Below are positions 52,556 to 61,817 of a DNA stretch of 64,000 bases, piece by piece. The translations under genes were made by a program, and so were the position numbers. The DNA comes from Elusimicrobiota bacterium. GTDB lineage: Bacteria > Elusimicrobiota > UBA8919. Every line of letters starts with the position of its first letter. Position 1 is the first letter of the stretch. The notes below the pieces were generated by a model. It made no database searches, was not told the DNA's origin, and was given only the letters and a program-made list of their open reading frames with translations. The DNA is taken from assembly GCA_040757695.1 (NCBI GenBank), contig JBFLWK010000001.1:89758-153757 (forward strand), in the 5' to 3' direction.

Positions 52556-53478
52556 CCTTCTTTTGGTTTTACCATTTCAACTATATTTCTTGCATTTTCA
52601 AAACTTTGGATTATGTCTTTTTCTTCAGGTATATATCTAGCAAATTTTACAAGGTCAGAAAATTCAAAAAACTCACGAAGTATTACTAGAAATTTTTTGT
52701 CCACAGATTTTTCACGAAGTGCTTTTATTGATTCAGAAGTGGTCATATCTATAATATTCACTAAAAATATCTTCGATAAATAAATCCGAACAATTTGTGT
52801 CAGCCGAAAATAAAATTCTTTCACCAGCCCTCTTTTTATCAAATCCGTTTTTTCCAGTTTTGCGAGTTCATCAGTCGCATACAAGTACGGGTCTACTATT
52901 TCATCAATAATTTGTGCAAAATTCTTTTTCTGTAATTGATACTTATAAATAAAATAACACAGCAAAACTAATATCGGGATACCTGCAACAAGAATATAAA
53001 AAACAGGGTGGTGCTTCAAGTTCACAGGCGGTTTGATGTCTTTTATATCAGCCGCACTTTCTTTATCCAGCAAACTCGTAACTTCTATCCTGATGGGATT
53101 CGTCTGGCTCTGTGCTGGTTTGCCGTCTTGCGTGATAAAATCTATAATGAACGGTTTTATCTCGTAAATCCCGGTTGTGAATGTAGCAAGAATATACTCA
53201 TATTTTTTTTTATATCGCCCGAATAACAGATATTTTTTTCTTTCTTTTGTAATTTTGTAATCTTTGATTTCAAAACTTTTAAGATTTTGTTCTGGTGTAA
53301 AGGAACTAATTTTTACGCCATCTGTATATTCTAGAATAAGCGTCAGTTTTACCTTATCGCCAATTGTTATTTTCTTTTTGTCAGTATAACCTAAAATATA
53401 GACATTGGATAAAAGTGGTTGCACAAAACAACCAATGAAAAATATCCAAGACGATAATCTGCGTAATCTATAATTCAT
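52534..53478 (-). CDS. DUF4381-like membrane protein of the Bat/MoxR operon
   Basis: Signal/TM at the N-terminus plus a central TM (VFYILVAGIPILVLLCYFI); operon position between DUF58 and batA. Confidence 0.4.
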   Translation of the reverse strand: MNYRLRRLSSWIFFIGCFVQPLLSNVYILGYTDKKKITIGDKVKLTLILEYTDGVKISSFTPEQNLKSFEIKDYKITKERKKYLLFGRYKKKYEYILATFTTGIYEIKPFIIDFITQDGKPAQSQTNPIRIEVTSLLDKESAADIKDIKPPVNLKHHPVFYILVAGIPILVLLCYFIYKYQLQKKNFAQIIDEIVDPYLYATDELAKLEKTDLIKRGLVKEFYFRLTQIVRIYLSKIFLVNIIDMTTSESIKALREKSVDKKFLVILREFFEFSDLVKFARYIPEEKDIIQSFENARNIVEMVKPKEGSLEFRV

Positions 53479-54368
53479 CTGTGTAATCTGCGTTCTCGCA
53501 TCTTAAAAAAATTTATCAACGGCAAAATGTATGCCTTATCAGTATAGAGGTTTAATTTATCAATCCCCATATTTTTAGATAGTTTTTCAAGGTATTCCAA
53601 GTTTTTATTTTTTGTTTCAGAAAATTTTTTCAGCAAAAAATAATCTTTTGCATCTACATAGATATCAGTGTTTGTTTCAGCATCTACAAAATGAAAAATC
53701 CCAAAGTTCGGGATTTCGTATTCCATCTGGTCACTAATATTTACAAGTATCAAATCATGTTTTTTAGATGTAACTTTTAATAGTTTATCATAACCAACAT
53801 CTAAAAAATCAGACAATAGAAAAACAACTGCCCGCTTTTTAATCACCCTGTTTAAGTAATCCAGTGCATTATAAATATCCGTTTGTGCTTTTGCTTCTTG
53901 TGAGAGAACTTCGCTGACAATTCTTAAACAATGAATTTTACCTTTCTTAGGCGGAATAAATTTTTCTATTTTATCCGAAAAAAATATAACACCTATTCTA
54001 TCATTGTTCTGTAGTGCAGAAAAACCGAGAATCCCGCATAACTCCGCAATCAGGTCAATTTTTGACTTTTTAGAACCAAACTTTTGAGAACCAGAAATAT
54101 CAATAAGCAACATTATCGTAAGTTCGCGTTCTTCAATAAACTTCTTTACAAAAAGTGAAGCATATCGTGCAGAAACATTCCAGTCAATTGTCTTTATGTC
54201 GTCACCAGCTTGATATTCACGAACTTCAGAGAATTCCATCCCTCTGCCTTTGAATACACTTTTATACTCACCAGCAAAAATCTCATTAACAAATTTTCCT
54301 GTTGTGATTTCTATTTTTCTTATTTTTTTTATTAACTCACCAGTCAACATATTATTACTTCTACGCAA
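53475..54368 (-). CDS. DUF58 family protein (VWA-like, MoxR partner)
   Basis: DDIKTIDWNVSARY...LLIDISGSQKFGS, the characteristic DUF58 segment. Confidence 0.7.
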   Translation of the reverse strand: MRRSNNMLTGELIKKIRKIEITTGKFVNEIFAGEYKSVFKGRGMEFSEVREYQAGDDIKTIDWNVSARYASLFVKKFIEERELTIMLLIDISGSQKFGSKKSKIDLIAELCGILGFSALQNNDRIGVIFFSDKIEKFIPPKKGKIHCLRIVSEVLSQEAKAQTDIYNALDYLNRVIKKRAVVFLLSDFLDVGYDKLLKVTSKKHDLILVNISDQMEYEIPNFGIFHFVDAETNTDIYVDAKDYFLLKKFSETKNKNLEYLEKLSKNMGIDKLNLYTDKAYILPLINFFKMRERRLHR

Positions 54369-54417
54369 CTTTAGTTGCGGTTGAAACCGTTATACCGACG
54401 CTAAAGCGTTGTAGAAG
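54359..54417. repeat. Double-hairpin intergenic element TTCTACGCAACTTTAGTTGCGG...CGACGCTAAAGCGTTGTAGAA (family copy 3)
   Basis: Both internal hairpins are retained through compensatory changes relative to copy 1: cgaaac/gtttcg becomes gcaac/gttgc, and gccac/gtggc becomes acgc/gcgt. Confidence 0.7.
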
Positions 54418-54425
54418 TCATTATT

Positions 54426-55415
54426 TTATGGAACCTCTATTTCGGAAAGGATTCGTTTCACAATATCCTCTGATGTAATATTTTCTGCTTCTGCCTCATA
54501 TGTTAAAATTATTCTGTGTCTTAAAATATCCATTGCGACATTCTTTATATCTTCGGGTGTCACATAGCCACGACCCTGTAGAAACGCATAACTTCTTGCA
54601 ACTTCAGCGAGATAAATTGACGCTCGCGGTGATGCACCGTATAAAATTGTATGTTTTAAATCTTTGATTTTGTAGTCGTCAGGATTTCTGGTCGCAAGCA
54701 CAATATCAACTATGTAGTCCTTTATTTTTTCATCCATATAAACCATACGAACCGTTTCGCGTGCCTTTTTTATTCTGTCAGGATTTACAACTTTTTTTAC
54801 AACACCAAACGCATTTGAGGATACCTTTTCTATAATTTCTTTTTCTTCTTTTCGGTCGGGATATGTTATTTTTAATTTCATAATGAACCTATCAACCTGT
54901 GCCTCAGGTAGCGGATATGTACCTTCCTGTTCTATTGGATTTTGTGTTGCTAAAACCATAAACGGGTCGTCAAGTAGATGGGTTTCGTTGCTGATAGAAA
55001 CCTGTCGTTCCTGCATTGCTTCTAAAAGCGCACTCTGAACTTTGGCAGGTACACGATTTATCTCATCAGCAAGAATCAGATTGGCAAAAATCGGTCCTTT
55101 TCGTATACTGAATTCGCTTGTTTTAGGATTGAAAACCATCGTTCCAATAATATCACCAGGCAGCAAATCCGGTGTGAATTGAATTCGTGAGAACTTGCAG
55201 TCAATTGATTGTGCTAATGTTTTAACTGCGAGTGTTTTGGCGAGTCCTGGAACGCCTTCAATCAGGATATGCCCGTCTGATAACAAGCCAATAAGAATCC
55301 GTTCTAAAAAGTATCGCTGTCCGACAATGACCTTCTGGAGTTCACTCATTACTTCCGATACAAACAACGATTCCTGTTTAACAACTTCGTTAATCTCCCT
55401 GATACTTTTTTCCAT
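54426..55415 (-). CDS. moxR: MoxR-like AAA+ ATPase
   Basis: Walker A GVPGLAKT; LLDEINRVPAKVQSALLEAMQE (Walker B/sensor); 329 aa. Confidence 0.85.
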   Translation of the reverse strand: MEKSIREINEVVKQESLFVSEVMSELQKVIVGQRYFLERILIGLLSDGHILIEGVPGLAKTLAVKTLAQSIDCKFSRIQFTPDLLPGDIIGTMVFNPKTSEFSIRKGPIFANLILADEINRVPAKVQSALLEAMQERQVSISNETHLLDDPFMVLATQNPIEQEGTYPLPEAQVDRFIMKLKITYPDRKEEKEIIEKVSSNAFGVVKKVVNPDRIKKARETVRMVYMDEKIKDYIVDIVLATRNPDDYKIKDLKHTILYGASPRASIYLAEVARSYAFLQGRGYVTPEDIKNVAMDILRHRIILTYEAEAENITSEDIVKRILSEIEVP

Positions 55416-55481
55416 AGTACCTCCTGATATAGTGATTAGTTTTGTAGTCGCAGGTTTTAACCTGCGATTTGTGGTTGGTGG

Positions 55482-56180
55482 TTAGTGGATGGCGAGCATT
55501 TTTTTGACTTTCTCTAAATCATTTTTGGTATCTACACCGATTGTTTTATGTTTTGTTTTCACAACATAAATTTTGTAATTATTTTCTAAAATCCGCAGTT
55601 GCTCAAGCTTTTCTGCTTTTTCAAGTGGTGTTTGGTCCATTTGTGCAAATTTTAGCAAAAAATTTCTGCGGTAGACATATAAGCCAATATGCTTTAATGA
55701 ATTAGGTAGTGGCAGCCGAGAAAAATAAATTGCAAAATTATTTTTGTCTAAAATTACTTTGACATTGTTTGGATTATTTTTTTCTTCTGTATCGTAAAAA
55801 TCGGCTGCAAGTGTTGAAACTAAAATGTTTTTATGCTCTATCACGGGCTTGATTGCAGAGTCAATCATTGCTGCTTTTATCAGCGGTTCGTCACATTGGA
55901 TATTTACAACAATATCGCAATCAATTTTTTTTGATGCAAAAGATATCCGGTCAGTTCCACTATTACAGCGAGGTGTCATAACAATATCTGCATTAAAAGA
56001 TTTTGCAACATCAAAAATTCTTTTGTCATCAGTTGCAATTATAATCCTATCCAGAAGTTTGGATTTTAATACTGCTTCATAAACCCATTGAATCATCGGT
56101 TTCCTGGAAATTTTAATAAGCGGTTTGCCTGGTAATCTTGTGGAAGAATATCTGGCTGGTATTATTCCAATAACATTCAT
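55482..56180 (-). CDS. kdsB: 3-deoxy-manno-octulosonate cytidylyltransferase (CMP-Kdo synthetase)
   Basis: IIPARYSSTRLPGKPL N-terminal nucleotidyltransferase motif; 232 aa. Confidence 0.85.
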   Translation of the reverse strand: MNVIGIIPARYSSTRLPGKPLIKISRKPMIQWVYEAVLKSKLLDRIIIATDDKRIFDVAKSFNADIVMTPRCNSGTDRISFASKKIDCDIVVNIQCDEPLIKAAMIDSAIKPVIEHKNILVSTLAADFYDTEEKNNPNNVKVILDKNNFAIYFSRLPLPNSLKHIGLYVYRRNFLLKFAQMDQTPLEKAEKLEQLRILENNYKIYVVKTKHKTIGVDTKNDLEKVKKMLAIH

Positions 56181-56192
56181 TTTCTCACTTGC

Positions 56193-57170
56193 TCATTTAG
56201 CTAAATGAGCAAGTGACCTTTTTAACTCTTCTATTGAAACGGTAGCAGTGCCTAATTTACCAACAACAATCCCAGCAGCACAATTTGCAATTTTTGCTGA
56301 CTCAATTAACGAAGCACCACACGATAATGCAAGCGTTAAAACCGCAACGACTGTATCACCAGCACCGGTTACATCAAACACTTCTCTTGCCGATGTCGGG
56401 ATATGTGTGCTATTCCCTTTTTCAAACAATGTCATTCCTTGTTCACCTTGTGTAATTAAAACCGAACGGCATTGTAGTTTTTTCAAGATTTTTTTGCCAA
56501 GGTTATCTAAATCTTTTTCTGCTTGTATTTTAGGAACATTCATACCAGTCATCGCTTCGGAAAGGTTCGGTGTAAGACAATCTACATGTTTGTATCTTGT
56601 AAAATGTTCTACCTTGGGATCAACAGTAACAATTTTTTTGTGGCTTTTTGCTAACTTCACCGTTTCTTGTATTATCGTTTTAGTAATAATCCCCTTGCCA
56701 TAATCAGATATTAAAATAGCATTGCAATCCTGTAGTTTTTTATTTATATATTCTAACATTTTTTTTGTCATAGCTGGTGAGAATTCACGAACTGTCTCTT
56801 TATCAAATCTTACAACCTGCTGATGTCCCGCGATAATTCTTGTTTTGATTGAGGTAGTTATTATATCGTCAGTAAAAACGCCTTCTGTATTAATCTTTTT
56901 TTTACGAAGTTCTTTAAGCAAAATCTCCGCAGTATAATCATTACCAACAATTCCACAAATTGAAACCTTTCCACCAAGTGATACAATGTTATTGGCAACA
57001 TTTCCAGCACCGCCTAAACAGTATGTCTCTGTCTTAACATCAACTACTGGAACAGGTGCTTCCGGCGAAATCCTTCTGGTCTCACCACGAATAAATCTAT
57101 CAAGTATCAAATCGCCAATAATAAGCACTCTGGTATCGGAAATCTTTTTCAGTATATTATTAAAACTCAT
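56193..57170 (-). CDS. hldA: D-glycero-beta-D-manno-heptose-7-phosphate kinase (RfaE domain I, PfkB family), stand-alone
   Basis: VLIIGDLILDRFIRGETRRISPEAPVPVVDV...GGAGNVA...DVTGAGDTVVA, ribokinase-like motifs with the RfaE-I N-terminus. Confidence 0.8.
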   Translation of the reverse strand: MSFNNILKKISDTRVLIIGDLILDRFIRGETRRISPEAPVPVVDVKTETYCLGGAGNVANNIVSLGGKVSICGIVGNDYTAEILLKELRKKKINTEGVFTDDIITTSIKTRIIAGHQQVVRFDKETVREFSPAMTKKMLEYINKKLQDCNAILISDYGKGIITKTIIQETVKLAKSHKKIVTVDPKVEHFTRYKHVDCLTPNLSEAMTGMNVPKIQAEKDLDNLGKKILKKLQCRSVLITQGEQGMTLFEKGNSTHIPTSAREVFDVTGAGDTVVAVLTLALSCGASLIESAKIANCAAGIVVGKLGTATVSIEELKRSLAHLAK

Positions 57171-57188
57171 GGAAAAAATTATACAAAT

Positions 57189-58208
57189 TTATTTGAGGAA
57201 AGTCAACAAAGAATTGTATAAAAGCGGGAGCATAATTTCATGGTGACCGATAAAGTAAAAACCGCTATTCCCAGATGGACGGGATACGACATTTTCAAAA
57301 GCACGATACTGATAATTCATATCAAAATTGGCAGCGGTAAAATTTTTTACTTTATACCCAAGATTTCTTGCAAGATTAAGCGCCTTAAGAAAAACTTCAG
57401 GTAAAATTACTGCAGAACCGAAATTTAAAATAACACCACCTTCAAGTTTTGAGATAACTTCAGAAAATTTCAGAAAATCGGTGTATGATGTCTTGCCCCA
57501 AGAGGCACCATCGCATTCAGGATGCTGGTAAATTACATCCGTGCCTATCCCAATATGAACAGTTGCTGGAATTTTTAATTTATATGCGTTTGCAAAAATG
57601 CTGAACTCTGAAAATTTTAATTTTTTTTCAGAAACCATTTTTCCAATACTTTCGCCAAGCCCGAGATTTTTTTCGGCACCGCTTTTTACCGTTTCATTTA
57701 GAAACTTGCCCGTCTCAAAAGCCATACCAAATTTTCCAGTTTTTAATTGTTTAACAACATCTTCGGATGTTTTTCCACAAAAGGCAAGTTCAAAATCGTG
57801 AATAACCGAAGCACCATTTGTTGCAATTGCTGTAACAATTTTTCTTTTCATCATATCAATAACAATACAGGAAAGCCCACATTTTATTATATGTGCTCCA
57901 AACATAAAAATTACTGGTTTTCTGTTTTTTCTTGCTGTAAATATCCTTTTTACAAGTTCTCTAAAGTTTTTACCTGCTAAAATATCGGGCAGCAAATTAA
58001 AAAAATCGTTCTTGAACAATTGTCTAGTGCGAACATTTGTTCGCAGCGAACATTTGTTCGCCTTCGCAAACATATCTATCTGCACTTTGCTTTTTCTTTT
58101 CACCAATGGGTATCTTTTTACATTTCTAAGGTTTAACATTTTTGCCCTCCCAAAATATTTGGAACCACAGATTCCCGCCTGAGGCGGATCCGCCTTTGGC
58201 GGAAACAC
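57189..58208 (-). CDS. Hypothetical protein, tentatively deoxyhypusine-synthase-like fold. The true start is probably the internal Met (MFAKANK..., ~58073).
   Basis: Weak resemblance to the DHS NAD-binding core (IFMFGAHII...GLSCIVIDMM...VTAIATNGASVIHDFE; GGVILNFGSAV). The 5' region carries two GCGAACATTTGTTCGC palindromes. Confidence 0.3.
   Translation of the reverse strand: MFPPKADPPQAGICGSKYFGRAKMLNLRNVKRYPLVKRKSKVQIDMFAKANKCSLRTNVRTRQLFKNDFFNLLPDILAGKNFRELVKRIFTARKNRKPVIFMFGAHIIKCGLSCIVIDMMKRKIVTAIATNGASVIHDFELAFCGKTSEDVVKQLKTGKFGMAFETGKFLNETVKSGAEKNLGLGESIGKMVSEKKLKFSEFSIFANAYKLKIPATVHIGIGTDVIYQHPECDGASWGKTSYTDFLKFSEVISKLEGGVILNFGSAVILPEVFLKALNLARNLGYKVKNFTAANFDMNYQYRAFENVVSRPSGNSGFYFIGHHEIMLPLLYNSLLTFLK
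58029..58061. promoter_or_regulatory. Tandem pair of Cheo-box-like palindromes GCGAACATTTGTTCGC (17 nt apart) at the 5' end of the DHS-like gene
   Basis: tgcgaacatttgttcgcagcgaacatttgttcgcc. Same core as 27303-27344 and 37265-37282. Confidence 0.55.
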
Positions 58209-58311
58209 AGATTTTCATAGATAAAAATCTTTTTAACGAAGATACGAATAAAATCTAAATTCCGTGTTTCCGTGCTTTTGCGGTAATATATTCTGCGGCC
58301 ATCTGCGTCAT

Positions 58312-59145
58312 CTATCTGCGGTCATCTGCGTTACTTAATTCAGCAACGATAGAGCCGACACCGATTTGGGATTTCATTTTAATTGGTATATGGTTTTCAT
58401 CGTCTGTCATCCAAACGAGAAGTTTTCCTTTTTGCATAAAGATTCCGGCATCTTGTAAGTCTGGTTCAACTACAACTGTCTCATATTTTTTGCCGTTAAT
58501 TTTTATTATTTCTTTATTATGAATTTTAACAACCATTTTATAGTTTTTCTTGTTTGAGTTGACATTAAGTGTTAAACTATTTTTAGGTTCTAACTTCTGG
58601 AGTCGTACCCAGTAAAGTGCTGCCAGAATATCCAGCACATTTTCTGGAATACTAAATTTTTCACCTTTATGATTTACTGCAAAATGTTTATCCTGATGAT
58701 AGACAATTTTTCGGTTTCGTTTATATCTACCTTCTGAAATATGCTGTTCAAAAACCAGCGAATGAAATTTTTCAACATCAATATATGATTCGTTTGTATC
58801 ACGCACTTTATAGAAAACATCAAAAAACGGTGAGGACTTTGCAGCAGAATGAATATGGTATGCGTTTCTACCTTGTAAATCTACAATATCTTTGATTTGC
58901 AGTGTTCCATAGCCAACTTTTATAAACTGCCAGTAGACATCAAAAACCAGTTTTTCGCCGACGGGCAGTTCTGAGAAACATAGATTACACAGATAAAAAC
59001 CACAGATTACACAGAAAAAAATTTGCGTTAATCTGCGACTATGGATTCCCGATATAGACATTCGGGAATGACACTTTGTGTCATCTGCGTTAATCTGCGT
59101 TTCTAAGAATCCTTTTCGCAGCATCCAAAATGTCCTTTGCAACAT
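58312..59145 (-). CDS. DUF3108-like secreted protein. The start is probably downstream of the annotated Met; the 5' end overlaps (t)aatctgcg repeats.
   Basis: ELPVGEKLVFDVYWQFIKVGYGTLQIKD...VVVEPDLQDAGIF...LLVWMTDDENHIPIKMKSQIGVGSIVAEL pattern typical of DUF3108. Confidence 0.45.
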   Translation of the reverse strand: MLQRTFWMLRKGFLETQINADDTKCHSRMSISGIHSRRLTQIFFCVICGFYLCNLCFSELPVGEKLVFDVYWQFIKVGYGTLQIKDIVDLQGRNAYHIHSAAKSSPFFDVFYKVRDTNESYIDVEKFHSLVFEQHISEGRYKRNRKIVYHQDKHFAVNHKGEKFSIPENVLDILAALYWVRLQKLEPKNSLTLNVNSNKKNYKMVVKIHNKEIIKINGKKYETVVVEPDLQDAGIFMQKGKLLVWMTDDENHIPIKMKSQIGVGSIVAELSNADDRR

Positions 59146-60817
59146 AATCTGCTCCTTTCACCTCTTTAATATCACCTGTCAAAACAAAAACGGATTTAAC
59201 ACCTACATTTTTTGCTAAATCAATATCGGATTGCATATCACCGACAATATATGAATTTTTTAGAGATATATTGAACTCGTTTTTTGCTCTAAGAACCATA
59301 CCGGGCTTGGGCTTCCGACAAAAACATTTATCATCAGGATGATGCGGACAGACATAAATACTGTTTATTACAGCATTTTTCTCTTTTAAATTTTTTACAA
59401 TAATATTGTTTAGTTTCTCAACATCTTTTTTTGTAAAATACTTTCTTGCAACCCCTGACTGATTTGAGACAATTATTACTTTGAACCCGGCGTTATTCAA
59501 TAATTTTATCGCAGGTGCAGATTCTTCAAAAATTTTTAGTTTTGCTTCGTCGGTTGAATAATGCATATCTTCATTGATTGTCCCATCACGGTCAAGAAAA
59601 ACAGCACGGCTTCTGTAAAATGTTAACGCCATCAGAAACCACATTGTCATCTGTACTTCCGAATCACCATATGAATACTCACTTAACCCTGACAAAAAAA
59701 ATCCAAATATACCGAATATACAACCCAAAATAAAAAATTTCTCATCATTACTTACATTTCTTGCTTTTTTTATACTGTAATAAAAGAAAACTGCAACCAG
59801 CCACAAGAATGCAATCAGTCCAAGAACACCTCTTTCTGCCAGTAAATGGATAAAATTGCTATGTAGATGCGAGAGCATATAAAACTCTTTTGGCAATTTC
59901 AATTTTTCATAATACTCGGGATATATTTTTCTCGTGTTTTTCAAGCCGACGCCCAATACGGGATAATCTTTGAAAATTTTGATGCCCACTTTCCACATAT
60001 TGATACGAACAGGTTCGTTAAAATTAGTTGCCCGTTTTATGATATTCCGCCGACCAGAAATAAAAAATCCTGAAATTAATGCTATATACAAAGCCGCTAC
60101 AAGTATATAGATAACTCTCTTCAAATGCCCAAATTCAACAAAAAATATAATACAGCCAATAAACACCGTCGCAATCCAAACCATTCTTACATAACTAAAA
60201 ACAATACCTAAAAAAATAAGGACTGTTATTAAATAAAAAATCTTTTTTCTGTAATACAATATCGCATAGATTGAAACAGGTAGTGCCATTAAAAGTCCTT
60301 CAGCATATGTCTGAGGCCAGGAACGTGTCCCGTGTGCTCGCCCATCCATCATACTGAATATTTCTCTGGTAGGCAGATTTTTGTCTGTTAGGTATTGTAA
60401 CAAGCCAAGAAAACCCATAATTGCCGACGAAATCACAAAAACAAGTATGATTTTTTTAGCATGTGCAAAATCCTTCACATTAGACAGAATAAGAAAGAAC
60501 AAAAAAAACTCCATTTCCGAATTCAGTCCTTTTATACTTCTGAAAAAATTGATACCGAAAACAGCAGAAATTATTGTTATACTAAAAAACAGCAGGATAG
60601 AATATGTTACAGGTGAAGAAAAATCTTCAGATTTTTTCTGTATTATTTTTATCAGCCATACTAAAAACAAAAAAATCCAAACGATATTTGTAGCCGCGAT
60701 AGAAATAGGAAGCACGAATGCAAGAACAAAAAGTCCATAATACAAAATTATATCAATTTTTTTTAGCAATTTCATTCTCCAAGAATTTTTTGAACTCGTC
60801 TTTTTGATGTATCTCAA
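59090..60817 (-). CDS. Fusion: O-antigen ligase/WaaL-like (Wzy_C) polytopic membrane domain + C-terminal D,D-heptose-1,7-bisphosphate phosphatase (GmhB, HAD-IIIA)
   Basis: ~10-12 TM helices with a Wzy_C-type loop (HLHSNFIHLLAERG). C-terminal AVFLDRDGTIN (HAD motif I)...VIIVSNQSGVARKYF...CPHHPDDKCFCRKPKPGM (GmhB zinc-binding Cys motif)...VGDMQSDIDLA. Confidence 0.7.
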   Translation of the reverse strand: MRYIKKTSSKNSWRMKLLKKIDIILYYGLFVLAFVLPISIAATNIVWIFLFLVWLIKIIQKKSEDFSSPVTYSILLFFSITIISAVFGINFFRSIKGLNSEMEFFLFFLILSNVKDFAHAKKIILVFVISSAIMGFLGLLQYLTDKNLPTREIFSMMDGRAHGTRSWPQTYAEGLLMALPVSIYAILYYRKKIFYLITVLIFLGIVFSYVRMVWIATVFIGCIIFFVEFGHLKRVIYILVAALYIALISGFFISGRRNIIKRATNFNEPVRINMWKVGIKIFKDYPVLGVGLKNTRKIYPEYYEKLKLPKEFYMLSHLHSNFIHLLAERGVLGLIAFLWLVAVFFYYSIKKARNVSNDEKFFILGCIFGIFGFFLSGLSEYSYGDSEVQMTMWFLMALTFYRSRAVFLDRDGTINEDMHYSTDEAKLKIFEESAPAIKLLNNAGFKVIIVSNQSGVARKYFTKKDVEKLNNIIVKNLKEKNAVINSIYVCPHHPDDKCFCRKPKPGMVLRAKNEFNISLKNSYIVGDMQSDIDLAKNVGVKSVFVLTGDIKEVKGADYVAKDILDAAKRILRNAD

Positions 60818-61784
60818 GTTTTATATCTAATACATAACACGGGAAATCCTCGGGTAGTCGGACAACATCTTTTGAAGTAGTAATCACAAATGCTTGAAAT
60901 TCTGCAGCATCCGAGTATAATTTTTTTATATCTTTATCTCTGAAAAAATAGTGGTCAGGAAATTTTTTATGAACCAGAAGATTTACTCCAAGTTCTTTAA
61001 GCGTTTTTTCAAAATCTTCAGGCACTGCAATCCCTGAAACAGCAATCGCATTTTGATTTTTAAGTATTACTGAATTTATTTCAGAACCGTTTTTATTAAA
61101 AATTTTTTTGTTGAAAGATGCATGAAAAATCGGTGCGGACTTGTTATGTTTTCGGATAACATCTTCTATTTTTGAAATACTTGTATTCGCTACCTTGTCA
61201 CATCTTGTAACAACGAATGCCGAAGCACGATTTATATTTTTAACCGGCTCCCTTAAATAACCTGATGGTAAAAGCAAATTGTTCCCGAATGGATTCAATG
61301 CATTTATACAGACAATATCAATATCCCTGAAAAGATTTAAGTGCTGGAACCCATCGTCTAAAATTATAGTATCAATACCAAATTTTTCAATTGCAAACAA
61401 GCCAGTTTTATATCTGTTTTTACCTATAATCACAGGGACGTTATTGAGCAATTTCGCGATAAGATACGGTTCATCACTGGCAATTTTAGGTCCTAAAAAT
61501 ACTTTCTTCCCATCACTTACTACATTTGTATTTTGTAATTTATAATTTGTAATTTGTCTTTTATATCCTCTTGAAATTACACAAACCTTTTTGTTCAATT
61601 TCTTCAACAATTCTGCTAAAAAAATCACAGTCGGCGTTTTACCCGTGCCACCGACTGTAATATTGCCAACCGATATAACCTTACAATGCAGTTTTTTTTG
61701 TTTTATTTTTTTTAACTTTTGTGAGATATTAAAAACTACCAGATATAGAAATGATAGCGGATATAAAATTTTTAATGGTTTCAT
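60753..61784 (-). CDS. lpxK: Tetraacyldisaccharide 4'-kinase
   Basis: P-loop ISVGNITVGGTGKTP; 343 aa. Confidence 0.8.
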   Translation of the reverse strand: MKPLKILYPLSFLYLVVFNISQKLKKIKQKKLHCKVISVGNITVGGTGKTPTVIFLAELLKKLNKKVCVISRGYKRQITNYKLQNTNVVSDGKKVFLGPKIASDEPYLIAKLLNNVPVIIGKNRYKTGLFAIEKFGIDTIILDDGFQHLNLFRDIDIVCINALNPFGNNLLLPSGYLREPVKNINRASAFVVTRCDKVANTSISKIEDVIRKHNKSAPIFHASFNKKIFNKNGSEINSVILKNQNAIAVSGIAVPEDFEKTLKELGVNLLVHKKFPDHYFFRDKDIKKLYSDAAEFQAFVITTSKDVVRLPEDFPCYVLDIKLEIHQKDEFKKFLENEIAKKN

Positions 61785-61817
61785 GTTTGTTTGATAAATC
61801 CCTGCAGTTTTGTAAAT

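Noticed and set aside
58184-58195. GGCGGATCCGCC GC-rich palindrome as a Rho-independent terminator after the DUF3108 gene
   Set aside because: It is a 12-nt palindrome with no following U-tract on the transcribed strand. It is too weak to call a terminator; it may be a restriction-site-like palindrome that occurred by chance.
57189-58208. Alternative assignments for the 339-aa protein (GmhA SIS isomerase, HldE adenylyltransferase, LarA)
   Set aside because: Its size and motifs do not fit (there is no SIS GxSxxS pattern and no HxGH nucleotidyltransferase motif). A weak DHS-like resemblance is retained at low confidence.
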